Origin: Nitrospirales bacterium
GTDB lineage: Bacteria > Nitrospirota > Nitrospiria > Nitrospirales > UBA8639
Assembly: GCA_963422365.1 (NCBI GenBank)
Contig: OY729426.1
Span: forward strand, 1,760,001 to 1,824,000
Length of the DNA: 64,000 nt
Reading direction: 5' to 3'
Each line of letters begins with the position of its first letter. Position 1 is the stretch's first letter. Made by a program: the position numbers and the translations under genes. The notes beneath the pieces were generated by a model that saw only the letters and a list, made by a program, of their open reading frames with translations, did no database searches and was not told the origin of the DNA. Below are positions 30,419-40,802 of the stretch, piece after piece.

Positions 30419-31011
30419 TCCTGGCCTAATTGATATCGCGTGAACCGAGCAATTGTGATGTTTTCACCAAGCCTGGCAATTTTTTGTGTGAGGATGTCGG
30501 TGATCGTGATAGTGGGATCTTTGATGAAGCTTTGCTCTAGGAGGCAACTTTCTTGGTAGAATTTCTCCAATTTACCGCGAACGATTTTTTCAATAGCCGC
30601 GGCAGGCTTCCCGAGTTCTTGGGCCTGTGCCAAGTAAATAGCCGTTTCCCGTTCAACTTGCGTACTGGGGACCTCGTCGCGTTTGACATAGGAAGGGTGG
30701 GCGGCGGCAATTTGCAGGGCGACGTCTTTGACGAATTCCTGGAACGCTTCATTGCGAGCGACAAAGTCTGTTTCACAATTGACTTCGACAAGGACGCCGA
30801 TTTTGCTCCCGGCGTGGATATAGGAGGAGACAACGCCTTCCTTGGTTTCTCGTCCGGCTTTCTTTTGAGCTGCAGCCAAACCACGTTGACGAAGGAGGTC
30901 AATGGCTTTTTCAATATCCGAATTGGTTTCTTTCAGCGCGTTTTGACAATCAAGGATTCCGGCTCCTGTTTTGCCACGTAGTTCTTTGACCAAGGTACCC
31001 ATGCTGGACAT
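30415..31011 (-). CDS. tsf: Elongation factor Ts (short form)
   Basis: [20 protein letters not shown]. Confidence 0.97.
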   Translation of the reverse strand: MSSMGTLVKELRGKTGAGILDCQNALKETNSDIEKAIDLLRQRGLAAAQKKAGRETKEGVVSSYIHAGSKIGVLVEVNCETDFVARNEAFQEFVKDVALQIAAAHPSYVKRDEVPSTQVERETAIYLAQAQELGKPAAAIEKIVRGKLEKFYQESCLLEQSFIKDPTITITDILTQKIARLGENITIARFTRYQLGQE

Positions 31012-31077
31012 CGTGTATCCTTCTCTCCTGTTTGGCTAGGTGTAAACGAAAAAAATATTGCTGGCGAAGTTCCCGTT

Positions 31078-31887
31078 CTATGAGGAAGGTGCTTGAATGC
31101 TTTCCACCTGATTCTCGGTTGAACGGGCAGAGATCAACTCAGTCATAATCGTGTCCTCTTCCCCTCTGCTCGACCTCTCTTGCTTGTTTCGGAGGTCCTG
31201 GCCTTCAAGACAGGCGTCTGCAATCTGAGCGGTAAAGAGTTTTAATGATCGGATGGCATCGTCATTTCCAGGGATTGGATAATCAATCCGAGTGGGATCG
31301 CAATTGGTATCCACGATGGCGACAACGGGGATGCCCAGACGGTTGGCTTCTTTGACGGTAATGTGTTGAATGCGAGTATCGAGGATGTAGATACAACCGG
31401 GCAAACTTTCCATTGCCTTGATGCCGTTGAAATATTTCTCCAGCTTGCCGCGTTCTTTTTCCATAAGCAAAATTTCTTTTTTCTTCAGGCGTTCATGGGT
31501 TCCATCCGTTTGTGCATCTTCGAGTTTCTTGAGTTGTCTGATACTTTTTCTAATCGTTTGGAAATTGGTGAGCATGCCCCCCAGCCATCGTTGGGTCACA
31601 TAATACATTCCGCACCGTTTGGCTTCTTCTTCAACGATGTCGACCGCTTGACGCTTGGTACCCACGAAGAGGACCGATTCCCCAGCCGCAACGGTCTCTC
31701 GGATAAAGTTATAGGCATCAAGAAAGAATTTGGAGGTTTGTTGTAAATCAATAATGTAGATGCCATTTCTTTCTCCGAAAAGATACGTCTTCATTTTTGG
31801 ATTCCAGCGATTGGTCTGATGTCCGAAATGGACACCTGCCTCTAACATGTCTTTAATGGATACCATATTGGGGTTTTTCACCTCCAC
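31078..31887 (-). CDS. rpsB: 30S ribosomal protein S2
   Basis: [32 protein letters not shown]. Confidence 0.98.
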   Translation of the reverse strand: MEVKNPNMVSIKDMLEAGVHFGHQTNRWNPKMKTYLFGERNGIYIIDLQQTSKFFLDAYNFIRETVAAGESVLFVGTKRQAVDIVEEEAKRCGMYYVTQRWLGGMLTNFQTIRKSIRQLKKLEDAQTDGTHERLKKKEILLMEKERGKLEKYFNGIKAMESLPGCIYILDTRIQHITVKEANRLGIPVVAIVDTNCDPTRIDYPIPGNDDAIRSLKLFTAQIADACLEGQDLRNKQERSSRGEEDTIMTELISARSTENQVESIQAPSS

Positions 31888-32253
31888 TCGATTAGAGAGA
31901 TTATGGAACTCATGTGCGAATCACTGTTTCGAAACATGCTTCAGTGAGAGGGGCCACATATCTATAATCTAGCGTGAACTCTAGGTGACACCAACTCAAA
32001 CCAAAAAGACTTAACATAACCTTTGTTTTTAATGCAAGATAAATTGTGATGTCTTCTTACAAAAGAGTAAAACGAATAGGAACGAGCGCAATAACGGGTC
32101 ACCCACTAGGGAGCAGGTCAGGAAGTTTTGACGGGGATTCTTGAATATCGATAGAGTAGAGCCCATACTGGGTTACGGCTTGGCACATGCCGTATGCAGC
32201 CCCTGGCCTTTCCGTATTTGTCGCTGCGGCAGCGTATGCCGTGCGGGGAAGAA

Positions 32254-32347
32254 CGCGCGATAAGATCACGCGGCTACAAATACAAAAGAGAGAACGGAAG
32301 GCGCCATGAGGCCTGTCCCTGTCTCCGAGCAGGGATAGTGCCGCTAC
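32254..32347 (-). repeat. Two REP-like palindromes (family B 32254..32278; family A 32305..32347)
   Basis: Minus strand tgtagccgcgtgatcttatcgcgcg; plus strand catgaggcctgtccctgtctccgagcagggat..gctac. Confidence 0.65.
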
Positions 32348-32379
32348 TACTACAAATTTTCACGATGAGGTTTTAAGAA

Positions 32380-33735
32380 ATGGTTGAAGTTCCTATAAAG
32401 CTCTATGTTCAAGGTCTTGCAAAACGAGCCAATGCCGCGACCCGTCCCCTTTCGCTGATGACGGGTCATGACCGTGCTGTGGCCCTCAGGGCCATGGCGG
32501 AACAGCTGGAAGCGAGCATTGAAGACGTGTTGACAGCCAATCAACAGGATCTCGATGCCATTCCCAAAGAGTGGGCGACGGATGAATATCGGAACGCGAG
32601 AGAGCAAATTTCCGTGACGGAACACACTATTCTCGATATCGTCACATTTATTCGTAGGATTGCAGAAGAACCTGATCCCACAGGGGAAGTGTCTCAGGGA
32701 TGGTTGACGCAAGAAGGTCTGCAAATTCATCGAGTTCGTGTTCCTATTGGGGTCATCGCCGTCATCTCCGACTATGGTCCGTCCGTGGTCGCTGAATCGA
32801 TTGCGATGTGTCTTCGGTCGGGTAATGTGTGTGTGGTTCGGGGTGGCAGGGAATGGTTTTTGACAAATGCTGCGGTGGCAAAGGTCTTGCGTGATACGGC
32901 AGAACAACATGGCGTGCCTCAAGGGGCTCTCACGTTTGTGGATCGACCCGATCGAGAGGGCGTGCTTGAACTCACCCGATTGCGAAATCTGGTTCATGGC
33001 GTCGTCCCCCGAGGAAAAGCGAGTTTGCGCAAAGCGATTATGGAGCAGTCGCGGGTTCCGGTTTTAGGTTATGACGGCGGAGTGTGTCATGTCTATGTCG
33101 ATAAAGAGGCGGATGTACCGTTAGCTCAAGGGGTCGTGGTGAATTCCAAAATTCAGGATCCGCTTGCCACCAACGCTGCCGACACGATTTTAGTCAATCA
33201 GGCCATCGCGCGGCAGTTGCTGCCTGGCCTTCTTCGGCGGTTGCTCAGTGAATTTACGGTCGATCTCATTGGCTGTCCGAAAACCGTCTCCATGATGGGC
33301 ATCATGGCAATGACCGGTCATAAGGGGATTCGAGCAGCCACGGATGAAGATTGGGCACACAAAAGGCAGTCGATGACGCTGGGAATTAAAATCGTCAAAG
33401 ATCTTGACGAAGGCCTTGCGCATATTGCGGCTTTCGGGCCTGGGCATACCGATACGATCGTGACCCGTCATTACGAAACAGCCATGCGATTCGTCCGAGA
33501 AGTGGATTCCAGCGCGGTGTTGGTGAATGCCTCGACCCGCTTACATTCAGGGCCGCAAATGGATCTAGGTGAAGAACTGGGGGTGAATACCTCTCATTTC
33601 CACGTGAGAGGGCCGTTGACGCTTCAAGCCCTGACGACGGAAAAATATGTTGGGTTTGGATCTGGCCAATTACGACAGCCGCATCCTGTGCCTCAGGCGT
33701 ATCAGGATGCCATGATGTTATCCGCGAAGTTTTAG
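32380..33735 (+). CDS. proA: Gamma-glutamyl phosphate reductase-like protein (catalytic Cys absent)
   Basis: RVPIGVI, GVCHVYVD, VDSSAVLVNASTR, RGP motifs; ATNA in place of the canonical CNA. Confidence 0.75.
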   Translation: MVEVPIKLYVQGLAKRANAATRPLSLMTGHDRAVALRAMAEQLEASIEDVLTANQQDLDAIPKEWATDEYRNAREQISVTEHTILDIVTFIRRIAEEPDPTGEVSQGWLTQEGLQIHRVRVPIGVIAVISDYGPSVVAESIAMCLRSGNVCVVRGGREWFLTNAAVAKVLRDTAEQHGVPQGALTFVDRPDREGVLELTRLRNLVHGVVPRGKASLRKAIMEQSRVPVLGYDGGVCHVYVDKEADVPLAQGVVVNSKIQDPLATNAADTILVNQAIARQLLPGLLRRLLSEFTVDLIGCPKTVSMMGIMAMTGHKGIRAATDEDWAHKRQSMTLGIKIVKDLDEGLAHIAAFGPGHTDTIVTRHYETAMRFVREVDSSAVLVNASTRLHSGPQMDLGEELGVNTSHFHVRGPLTLQALTTEKYVGFGSGQLRQPHPVPQAYQDAMMLSAKF

Positions 33736-33875
33736 GAACCTCTGATTTATTGCACTATCAGGCGCATGGCGGCGTGGTGTCCTTGCTCAACCCTCACCTA
33801 TCTCTGTGATAAGCCTGGGGTTTCGCTGCGGGACACCTTGCCTGCATTCCGCTATCACCATAAATCAGAGGTTCC
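33735..33875. mobile_element. 141-bp MITE, IS5-family-like
   Basis: Perfect 16-bp TIRs GGAACCTCTGATTTAT/ATAAATCAGAGGTTCC flanked by TTA on both sides; no ORF. Confidence 0.8.
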
Positions 33876-33929
33876 TTAGTCGTTTCGCAACGTTCTCTAC
33901 CCAAGGGCTTATGGCTCAGTGTTCCTCCC

Positions 33930-35384
33930 ATGGTCAAATTGGACATTGCTCAGTATCTCGCCAAATGGGGACTTCGGAAATTTAACGATGAAGATTCTTA
34001 TTATGCCTGGCAACGGCAATCCTTATCCGGAGATCGACTTCAGCTTCTTCAGCAAGCAGCGCAAACCTGTCGTGAAGGAGCGGACACCGGCGCGGATCAG
34101 GAATTTTATGATCTCGCGGCATCTTCCGACATGCTTCCTGTTTTATACAGCCAGCGATACGGCTACTATCACATGCTCGGCCCCATGATTGTGAATGTGC
34201 TGGAGGGGGGGCAGCGCGTGTTAGACGTTGGGTGTGGGGTCGGTATTCTCACGATCTGGTACGCGGCCTGTCTTCCGAACATGACTGTTCTGGGCATTGA
34301 TCGGTCACTGAAATCGATTGAAGTGGCGCAGCAGCGTGCTCAATCATGTCATCTCGAGAACGTAAGTTTTCGCCATTGCGAATTTCCTCAACACATGCTA
34401 CCCGGGGCATTCGATACCATCGTGTCCACGCAAGCCCTGTTTCAATCAGAATTTGATCCGGGGCTTCCGAGTCGGAGTTGGACTACCTTTGAACGAGATC
34501 GGGATACACAGCAACAATATGATCTGGAAAAGCGGACGGGTCTTGGTCCTCGTTTAGACTGTTTTTTGCAAGTGCTGGTCTCCTCAGGCCGATTCGTGCT
34601 CTTTGAAAAGGCCGTTCACTTAGGAAGACGCGTGTTGTTCCAGCGGGCTTTGGAAGCGAGAGGGTGTCTGCCCATCGCGGATCCACGGCTCCTGACGTAT
34701 TCGGAACTTGGGGAGTCGGTTGAGGAGGGGCCTTTGTACGTGATGAAACAAGGTTCCTCTTTTCCTGCTGTGGCGTTTCATGAAGACGTGCAGCACGATT
34801 TGCCACACGGTCTGTATTGTTGCCAAGGAACCCGTGCAGATTTCGTGTATGCCAAGTTACCGAAATATGACGTGTATTCGGAGAACGTGGTTGCGAATGT
34901 CGGGGGAAAGAATGGGTCTTACGAAATGGGTCGAACGGGCGGGGGGTTAGGATATGTCCGTCTCATGATTCATGGGATGTTTTCCGGTCTGCTGGTTGGA
35001 ATGATGGAACTCCAGCCCCGTATGGTTGAGCTTGTCAGGCATGCGCTACAGCAGGGACAAACGGAAGAGCCCATTGAGACTCGACTCACATGTTTCTGGT
35101 CGGAACAGGAGAGCGGTTCACTCGAGCAGGCTCCTCTGTACGAAAACCATTTTCCTGCTGCCGAGGAAGTTTGGCGAAAGCTTCCGGACCGAGTGGTCTT
35201 GCAACAGAAAACGGACGAGGAGGCAAATGGGCGACAACGCCACATTGAATATGGGCGCTGTGCAGGGCATGTCCATTATCTGTATTGGGCAAATACCTTT
35301 GATCAACGGCAAATTGTCGTAATGGATCAGGAGCGAAGTCCCCTGTTAGAGACCTATTATTCTGAAGCAATTGGGGAGCGATAG
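33930..35384 (+). CDS. Class I SAM-dependent methyltransferase with a long C-terminal extension
   Basis: RVLDVGCGVG, GIDRS, FDTIVS. Confidence 0.8.
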   Translation: MVKLDIAQYLAKWGLRKFNDEDSYYAWQRQSLSGDRLQLLQQAAQTCREGADTGADQEFYDLAASSDMLPVLYSQRYGYYHMLGPMIVNVLEGGQRVLDVGCGVGILTIWYAACLPNMTVLGIDRSLKSIEVAQQRAQSCHLENVSFRHCEFPQHMLPGAFDTIVSTQALFQSEFDPGLPSRSWTTFERDRDTQQQYDLEKRTGLGPRLDCFLQVLVSSGRFVLFEKAVHLGRRVLFQRALEARGCLPIADPRLLTYSELGESVEEGPLYVMKQGSSFPAVAFHEDVQHDLPHGLYCCQGTRADFVYAKLPKYDVYSENVVANVGGKNGSYEMGRTGGGLGYVRLMIHGMFSGLLVGMMELQPRMVELVRHALQQGQTEEPIETRLTCFWSEQESGSLEQAPLYENHFPAAEEVWRKLPDRVVLQQKTDEEANGRQRHIEYGRCAGHVHYLYWANTFDQRQIVVMDQERSPLLETYYSEAIGER

Positions 35385-35430
35385 ACAATGATTCAGGAGG
35401 GCAAGCCTTTTGAATGCCCTGTTGGAGAAA

Positions 35431-35506
35431 TGGTGGCGGTGAAGGGTTTCGAACCCCTGACCCGCGGCTTATGAGTCCGCTGCTCTACCAACTGAGCTAC
35501 ACCGCC
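35431..35506 (-). tRNA. tRNA-Met(CAT), probably elongator (Ile2 not excluded)
   Basis: GGCGGTGTAGCTCAGTTGGTAGAGCAGCGGACTCATAAGCCGCGGGTCAGGGGTTCGAAACCCTTCACCGCCACCA; cloverleaf with CCA end. Confidence 0.95.
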
Positions 35507-35622
35507 ACGTGACATTTTCATCCACAGTGGATATACCATATGGAATGACGTTTCAACAATTTCTGTGCCGCCTCTTTGAGAACGACAGGTTCGCCGATCA
35601 ACAATTCAGAGAATCCGAAAGA

Positions 35623-36813
35623 CTAATGAGTGCGTTTGTCGTCAATCTCACCGGAAAGGGCATTCAAGACCCCAAGTGCTTGTTCGCTGAGTTCAACCGG
35701 TTGGTCATCAGTTTGGTGGGCGGGGAGCGCATCATCTTTGGACTGTGGCTTTGTGGATTTGAGGAGTTCCTCTTCGAGTTCATCGAGTGTGGGTTCGGAA
35801 TCGGATTGAATGGCAAATAACCGTTGAAGGGCAAAGATAGCCCGGGCATGGCTGTACCAGGGGCCACTGTGTTCACTGTCATGAATGCGAGTGATTAATT
35901 GCCAAAAGCTTGACTCGCTTCCTTCTGGCATAGAGCCGTCCGCGAATGTTTTGAGTTTTTCAATCAACGCCTCTTCCGTTCGCTCGATGCCGGGGATGAA
36001 GGTGACAATCGAACGCTGAGAAGGTCTTTTAGAAAGAACGCTTAGGGTCTCTCTCCAGAAATCTGCGTACACTTGATGAGGGCCGGACGACGAGATCTCT
36101 TGATCGAGTTTTGCTTGCAGAGCAGAGATGTATTGGGTTAACGCCTTGACCTTCCTTGCAGAAAGGCTTCCCAACGGGATCCCCCAAATATGAGCGACTT
36201 CGTGATCTTGCAAAGAAGAGAGCCCCGAGAGTTCATACTCTTGCTTTGCCGTGTTGAATCGCCGTCGTTGTCTTTCCCGTCGTCTGAGCAGGGTCTGATA
36301 TTCAATAAGCAACCGTTCACGGTGAAAATCGTCTTCCGAGATTTCTTCTTGCTCCATTGCGCGGTCTAACCGGCGGATTTCCGGTCTCGGGAGTGAGGCC
36401 ACGGCGGTTTTTTTGCGGTCCTTCAGCTCCACCGGGTCAATGTGAAATTTTGAAGTGAGCAGCCCTTCAGCCGCCAGAATGGTTAAATCGGTCAGAGCGA
36501 TTTGTTTTTTCAGGCATTCGACTTGGAGCCAAGGACGTTCGCGTTTTTGACGAAGAAACCCGCTATATTGTCCGATGCGCGAAGTGACTTCATGGATAGC
36601 CGCGACAAGCGAGGTTTTTTTCTGGGGTTGCTCCCCAGCTGAAAAACGAGAGTCCGGCTGATCCTCCACAATGAAGTGAATATCCTCTTCAGACGGTTCC
36701 AGATACTGAAGCAGGAGCAGACGGATCATAATCCGGCTTTGGACGGGAAGGGCCTCGATGACTGATTCGATGAGTTCAAACGTGAGCGGCGAACGAGTGA
36801 TCGCTGTGGTCAT
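35623..36813 (-). CDS. Conserved hypothetical helical protein
   Basis: Long uninterrupted ORF co-oriented with its neighbours. Confidence 0.75.
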   Translation of the reverse strand: MTTAITRSPLTFELIESVIEALPVQSRIMIRLLLLQYLEPSEEDIHFIVEDQPDSRFSAGEQPQKKTSLVAAIHEVTSRIGQYSGFLRQKRERPWLQVECLKKQIALTDLTILAAEGLLTSKFHIDPVELKDRKKTAVASLPRPEIRRLDRAMEQEEISEDDFHRERLLIEYQTLLRRRERQRRRFNTAKQEYELSGLSSLQDHEVAHIWGIPLGSLSARKVKALTQYISALQAKLDQEISSSGPHQVYADFWRETLSVLSKRPSQRSIVTFIPGIERTEEALIEKLKTFADGSMPEGSESSFWQLITRIHDSEHSGPWYSHARAIFALQRLFAIQSDSEPTLDELEEELLKSTKPQSKDDALPAHQTDDQPVELSEQALGVLNALSGEIDDKRTH

Positions 36814-36830
36814 AACAGGACTCCAAACAG

Positions 36831-37058
36831 TCAAGAGGATTGTTCGTCTTTCGCTTCCAAATATTGTGCAACGTATTCACGGACATCTTGAATCGTTCCT
36901 TCAGCATACAATTTTCGAGGAATTTCCACGACGTGGAGGTCTTCCAGTTTTAGGCCTCGCTCAAGAGCCCATTCTTCATCGGAATACAAGGTGACGGCGC
37001 CGTCTGGATGGCGATAGACAAACAGGATATCCTTTTCTTGATCACGAGTATCTTCCAT
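36831..37058 (-). CDS. Small acidic hypothetical protein
   Basis: Protein-like ORF in operon with the downstream gene. Confidence 0.65.
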   Translation of the reverse strand: MEDTRDQEKDILFVYRHPDGAVTLYSDEEWALERGLKLEDLHVVEIPRKLYAEGTIQDVREYVAQYLEAKDEQSS

Positions 37059-37141
37059 GAGCCTAACGAAGAGCAATGTTTTCGGGATAGCACACCATAC
37101 TAGACTCTGTCAAAACAACAGAAACCGGGTCAACAAGTATT

Positions 37142-37825
37142 TCACTGCCCTGCGACGGTCCTGGCTGGTTGAAAACAGGATCGACGCCAAAACACGTAGA
37201 TGGTAAACACAACCAGCGAAAGAAAAAATACCGTGCGAATGCGCCCGTACCCGAAACAGGCAAAATTCGCGACGGTATTGCACAAGCCAAACCCGGCATA
37301 GGCCATGTAGACGAAAAGGGCCCACGGACGAAGCGTAAGGAACCCATAGCCAATGGCAAGATGAAGGGTAGGGGATTGGGCCTTCGCTAAGAGGCCAGGC
37401 ACCCCCTCGGGTTTGGAACAGAACAGGGTGAGACTGTATTCTGGGTTCGCCAAAATGATGTAGAGGTCCGTCAACGCAGTAAAGAGAAATAAGCCACCCA
37501 AGTATCGAATGTCATGGGCGTGATGCCACGCCGTTTTTAGGGCGTCCACCTGACCTGGTGGGTTGGGTAAGGAGGCTGCATAGGCTTGAAGACACCACCA
37601 AGGCATGATGATCAGCAGAGCAAAAAAGAATCCCGCGCCGGTTCCCCCAAGATGACTCAGCCCCCAGGTAATGATCCCCAGCAATCCGCCCATGGCGAGG
37701 ACCCAGGCTGTGTGGAGGGGATAGCCGCGCACCCATTGTCCGAGACCCGGGAGAAGGGAAGACAGGACCGCCCCTTTTATAGACGGTTCAAGGAAGAGAG
37801 ACGCCGACGAATCCGGTTGCTGCAT
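37142..37825 (-). CDS. Hypothetical integral membrane protein
   Basis: LSSLLPGLGQW motif and several hydrophobic segments. Confidence 0.75.
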   Translation of the reverse strand: MQQPDSSASLFLEPSIKGAVLSSLLPGLGQWVRGYPLHTAWVLAMGGLLGIITWGLSHLGGTGAGFFFALLIIMPWWCLQAYAASLPNPPGQVDALKTAWHHAHDIRYLGGLFLFTALTDLYIILANPEYSLTLFCSKPEGVPGLLAKAQSPTLHLAIGYGFLTLRPWALFVYMAYAGFGLCNTVANFACFGYGRIRTVFFLSLVVFTIYVFWRRSCFQPARTVAGQ

Positions 37826-38012
37826 GAGTTAGTTGGCTAGCAGGATATTAAAAAAGCCTTGCCCACTTCGCTCAGGATGACATGTATGTGTTGCCGGGGG
37901 TGCCAGAGTTTTTATAGGCCGTTAGGTGAATGTTTCCCTTTGGGAAGGCGAAAGGAAAAACGGCCGGCTCGCAGTGAAAAAATGGGCTTGAACGGAAAAA
38001 CCTCTCTCTGGA

Positions 38013-38720
38013 TTACCCGCCGAGGGTATCGAGGGTTTCCTTGAGGCTCTTCATGACACAGGTAAAGATGGGGACATCCCGCTTCGTGTACCGACTCCCT
38101 TCCGCCTCGCGAAGGTGCATGACAAGATCAAGAAAATCTTGAGGTTCGTCAGTTTCAAATGCCACCACGAATTCTTGATCGTCCAGTCCGAAGGAGTAGG
38201 TCGTGTTGAGTTTCACCGAGGGGTATTTGTGGCCGATTTCAATATGCTCATCCATCATCCCTTGCCGGGCGGCCTTGGTAAGGAGGTACCACTCGCGGGT
38301 TTTCTCAAAGGGATAGATGAAAATGTATTTGCTACGACCAGGCGTAATCTTCAGTCGGCGGCTTTCCTGCCCTTCATGCACATGGTGGTCCACATACACC
38401 GAGCGTTTCGTCATCGAGAGGTATGAATAGGGGTTCGTCAGATACTTCCCCAGCCCGGTGGCTAAGGCCTTGGACATTTGCTCTTGGAAGAGTTCGAGCT
38501 CGTAAGTAATGCGCCAGAGCACAAAATCACAGTCGCCACGAATGCCAACCGTCGAATACGGGACAACAATGATTTTGCCATAGAATTCCTCAATGGCTCG
38601 GATAAACTCTTGCTTGCCAGCTTGTCGTTCATCATGCCCGAGTCGGCGCCATGCAGGATCGACCTTGAAAAAGCTGAAATTGACGTATTGCCGTTTGGCT
38701 GGTTGTTCTCCTGCAGCCAT
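38013..38720 (-). CDS. chdC: Chlorite dismutase family protein, probably coproheme decarboxylase (HemQ/ChdC)
   Basis: YPFEKTREWYLL..RQGMMDEH, NTTYSFGLDDQEFVVAFETD; lacks the distal Arg of true Cld. Confidence 0.75.
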   Translation of the reverse strand: MAAGEQPAKRQYVNFSFFKVDPAWRRLGHDERQAGKQEFIRAIEEFYGKIIVVPYSTVGIRGDCDFVLWRITYELELFQEQMSKALATGLGKYLTNPYSYLSMTKRSVYVDHHVHEGQESRRLKITPGRSKYIFIYPFEKTREWYLLTKAARQGMMDEHIEIGHKYPSVKLNTTYSFGLDDQEFVVAFETDEPQDFLDLVMHLREAEGSRYTKRDVPIFTCVMKSLKETLDTLGG

Positions 38721-39019
38721 ATGAATCCTTCCCCTGACAGGCTAAACATGAAGCAATCTGTAAAGGGACTATCTATCAATTTTTTATCGTCGTTGTCAAC
38801 GCAGTATGAGCGGGCGGTGGGGTTTCGTTTCCATCGACGAGGTTCTTTGCTCATGTGCGGTGTCCCCACGCGGTATCCGGCTTGAATCTACGTCAAAAGC
38901 CGTATACGGTTTGCACCGGCGAGAGGAGGGGTTGGCCGTTGACGAGATCTTGGTTTTATCGATCACAACAGTTGCCACGAAGCTCTTGGATGCCTCTTGA
39001 GGGTGTCTGTCCCTTAGGA

Positions 39020-39552
39020 GGGCTTGGTGTGCTGTCTCTGGAAAGTTGGGCGATTGAAGTGTCTCCGACGAAAGCGCAGATCGATCGGGCGGTCGAGCAG
39101 GGCCTTGAGACCGTCCAGGCGCGTGTGTTGCCGAAGTGACTCGCCTGTTTCGGGTTGGATCAGGAGTTGCGCCCCAAAGGGTTTTTGATGACGAAGATGA
39201 ACGGTCTTGGCCGTGATGGCGAGCCATTTCGGATTTCCCCCCTCCGAAACGGAAATTCAGCGCATTCTCGACGAGGAAACCATGCTCGTGAGTGTGACGA
39301 TCTTCGGCGAAACACCGACCTTTGCCGATGATAGTTACATCGTGTTGAAAGAGGGGGAGGAGTTGGTCAAACCGATCAAGGTGCGATTCGATGGTGTCGC
39401 GCATCGTACCCGCATATGGCCCAAGGCTCCACGATATCAAGCCAAAGTCATCGGCACGTTTCGCTATACCCCATGGCGATGACGACGATTGTAGTCTTTC
39501 CGAGTACAGGCGGGGCGGTCTGATTTGATTTGAATTTTTCAAGTATTACTTA
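39020..39552 (+). pseudogene. Degraded exported hypothetical protein
   Basis: Protein-like segments 38855..39139 and 39207..39482 interrupted by stops and frameshifts. Confidence 0.5.
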
Positions 39553-39700
39553 ATGTTTGCAGGTTATTCCCTTGACCATGTGAGAATTTGCATTCCCCAG
39601 TGAAAGGGTAGTCGCTATTGACTGAAATTTCTTACTTGTATATAAAGTATTACTAATTTTTTATTCACAATTTATCAAAAAAGAGAGAGGGAAAAGGAAA

Positions 39701-40678
39701 ATGATGAGAGCTATAGTTTCACTTTTGATGTTCGTCATCGCAACGTGGGTTTTTGTGCCAAACTTAGTGCTGGCAGGCTCGGGTTTCTATATCAGCAGTG
39801 ACCTGGGAGCCAACTTTTCCCAGGGTGTAGAATTCGAGGGAGCCACCAACGACGTAGCCAGCCATTGTGATGCCCTGACCAACCCGGGCCTCACAGGATG
39901 TAACCCCAAGGATTTTCAATACACCGGCGATTTCGTGCCGGACTGGTGGACCGATTTCGATGGCGGACAAGGCATTCTGGCGGGAGCGGCTGTAGGCTAT
40001 GGCTTTGCAGATCAATACCCGAACAGCCCCTTGAGCGGTTTCCGCGTTGAGTTGGAATATTTCTACCGGGAGTCAAAACACGATCAGACTGTCAAGGTTG
40101 GTCGTGCATCTGGCGCTACCCTCCAGAAGATTAATCGTGGCGAATTTGGGACTGGGCCGTTTGAGCGTCTCGACAGTCTCACTTCTCATAACCTATTCGG
40201 GAACCTGTTTTACGACTTTATCAACACCAGCCGGTTCACGCCCTATATCGGGGTTGGCGGTGGCGTCGGGTTTACGGAAGCGGACTATAGTAGCAACTGG
40301 ACGAGGACTGCTGATGAAGCGAAGCTTAAGGAAGGTCTGGAGGCTGATAGCCCCTCCCGCCATGACTTGGCCGCGAATGATGCTTATATTACTAACCTTG
40401 CCGGATCGTCGAGCAATGCTCAAACTACCCTCAGCGATACGCTCTATGGGCTCCAGGTACTGTTCGGCGTGGATTACGCATTCACGGAGGCGATGTCTCT
40501 GGGTCTCAAGGGGCGCTGGGTCAAATTCAGTTCCTTCAGAGACAATCTCATTTGGGATCCGTTGCGAAGTCATGATCCCTACGTGGGAAAAGACGGCAAA
40601 AATCCGGTGTCAGGGGATATGAAGACCTCGGACATCGAGTTTTTCGGCGTCAGCCTGAACCTGAAGTACCATTTCTAG
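39701..40678 (+). CDS. Outer-membrane beta-barrel protein (opacity/Msp-like), paralog 1
   Basis: Signal peptide, FRVELEY, FTPYIGVGGG, C-terminal LKYHF. Confidence 0.85.
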   Translation: MMRAIVSLLMFVIATWVFVPNLVLAGSGFYISSDLGANFSQGVEFEGATNDVASHCDALTNPGLTGCNPKDFQYTGDFVPDWWTDFDGGQGILAGAAVGYGFADQYPNSPLSGFRVELEYFYRESKHDQTVKVGRASGATLQKINRGEFGTGPFERLDSLTSHNLFGNLFYDFINTSRFTPYIGVGGGVGFTEADYSSNWTRTADEAKLKEGLEADSPSRHDLAANDAYITNLAGSSSNAQTTLSDTLYGLQVLFGVDYAFTEAMSLGLKGRWVKFSSFRDNLIWDPLRSHDPYVGKDGKNPVSGDMKTSDIEFFGVSLNLKYHF

Positions 40679-40802
40679 TGTTTTGCTTTATGACGAAGGG
40701 GTGTCATCTCACGTGGTCGAGCCCCCTTGATTTCCGTAGCGGCTGCATCTTTAGTTGTTCCGTTTTTCCTTCCTTGTTTCTCTTTAACTTTGCATTCTCT
40801 CA

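Noticed and set aside
37837..37925. Second MITE with degenerate ends (ctagcaggatattaaaaa / tttttataggccgttag)
   Set aside because: Inverted repeats too degenerate to support without other copies.
38013..38720. Functional chlorite dismutase
   Set aside because: Lacks the distal Arg motif and a signal peptide; fits coproheme decarboxylase better.
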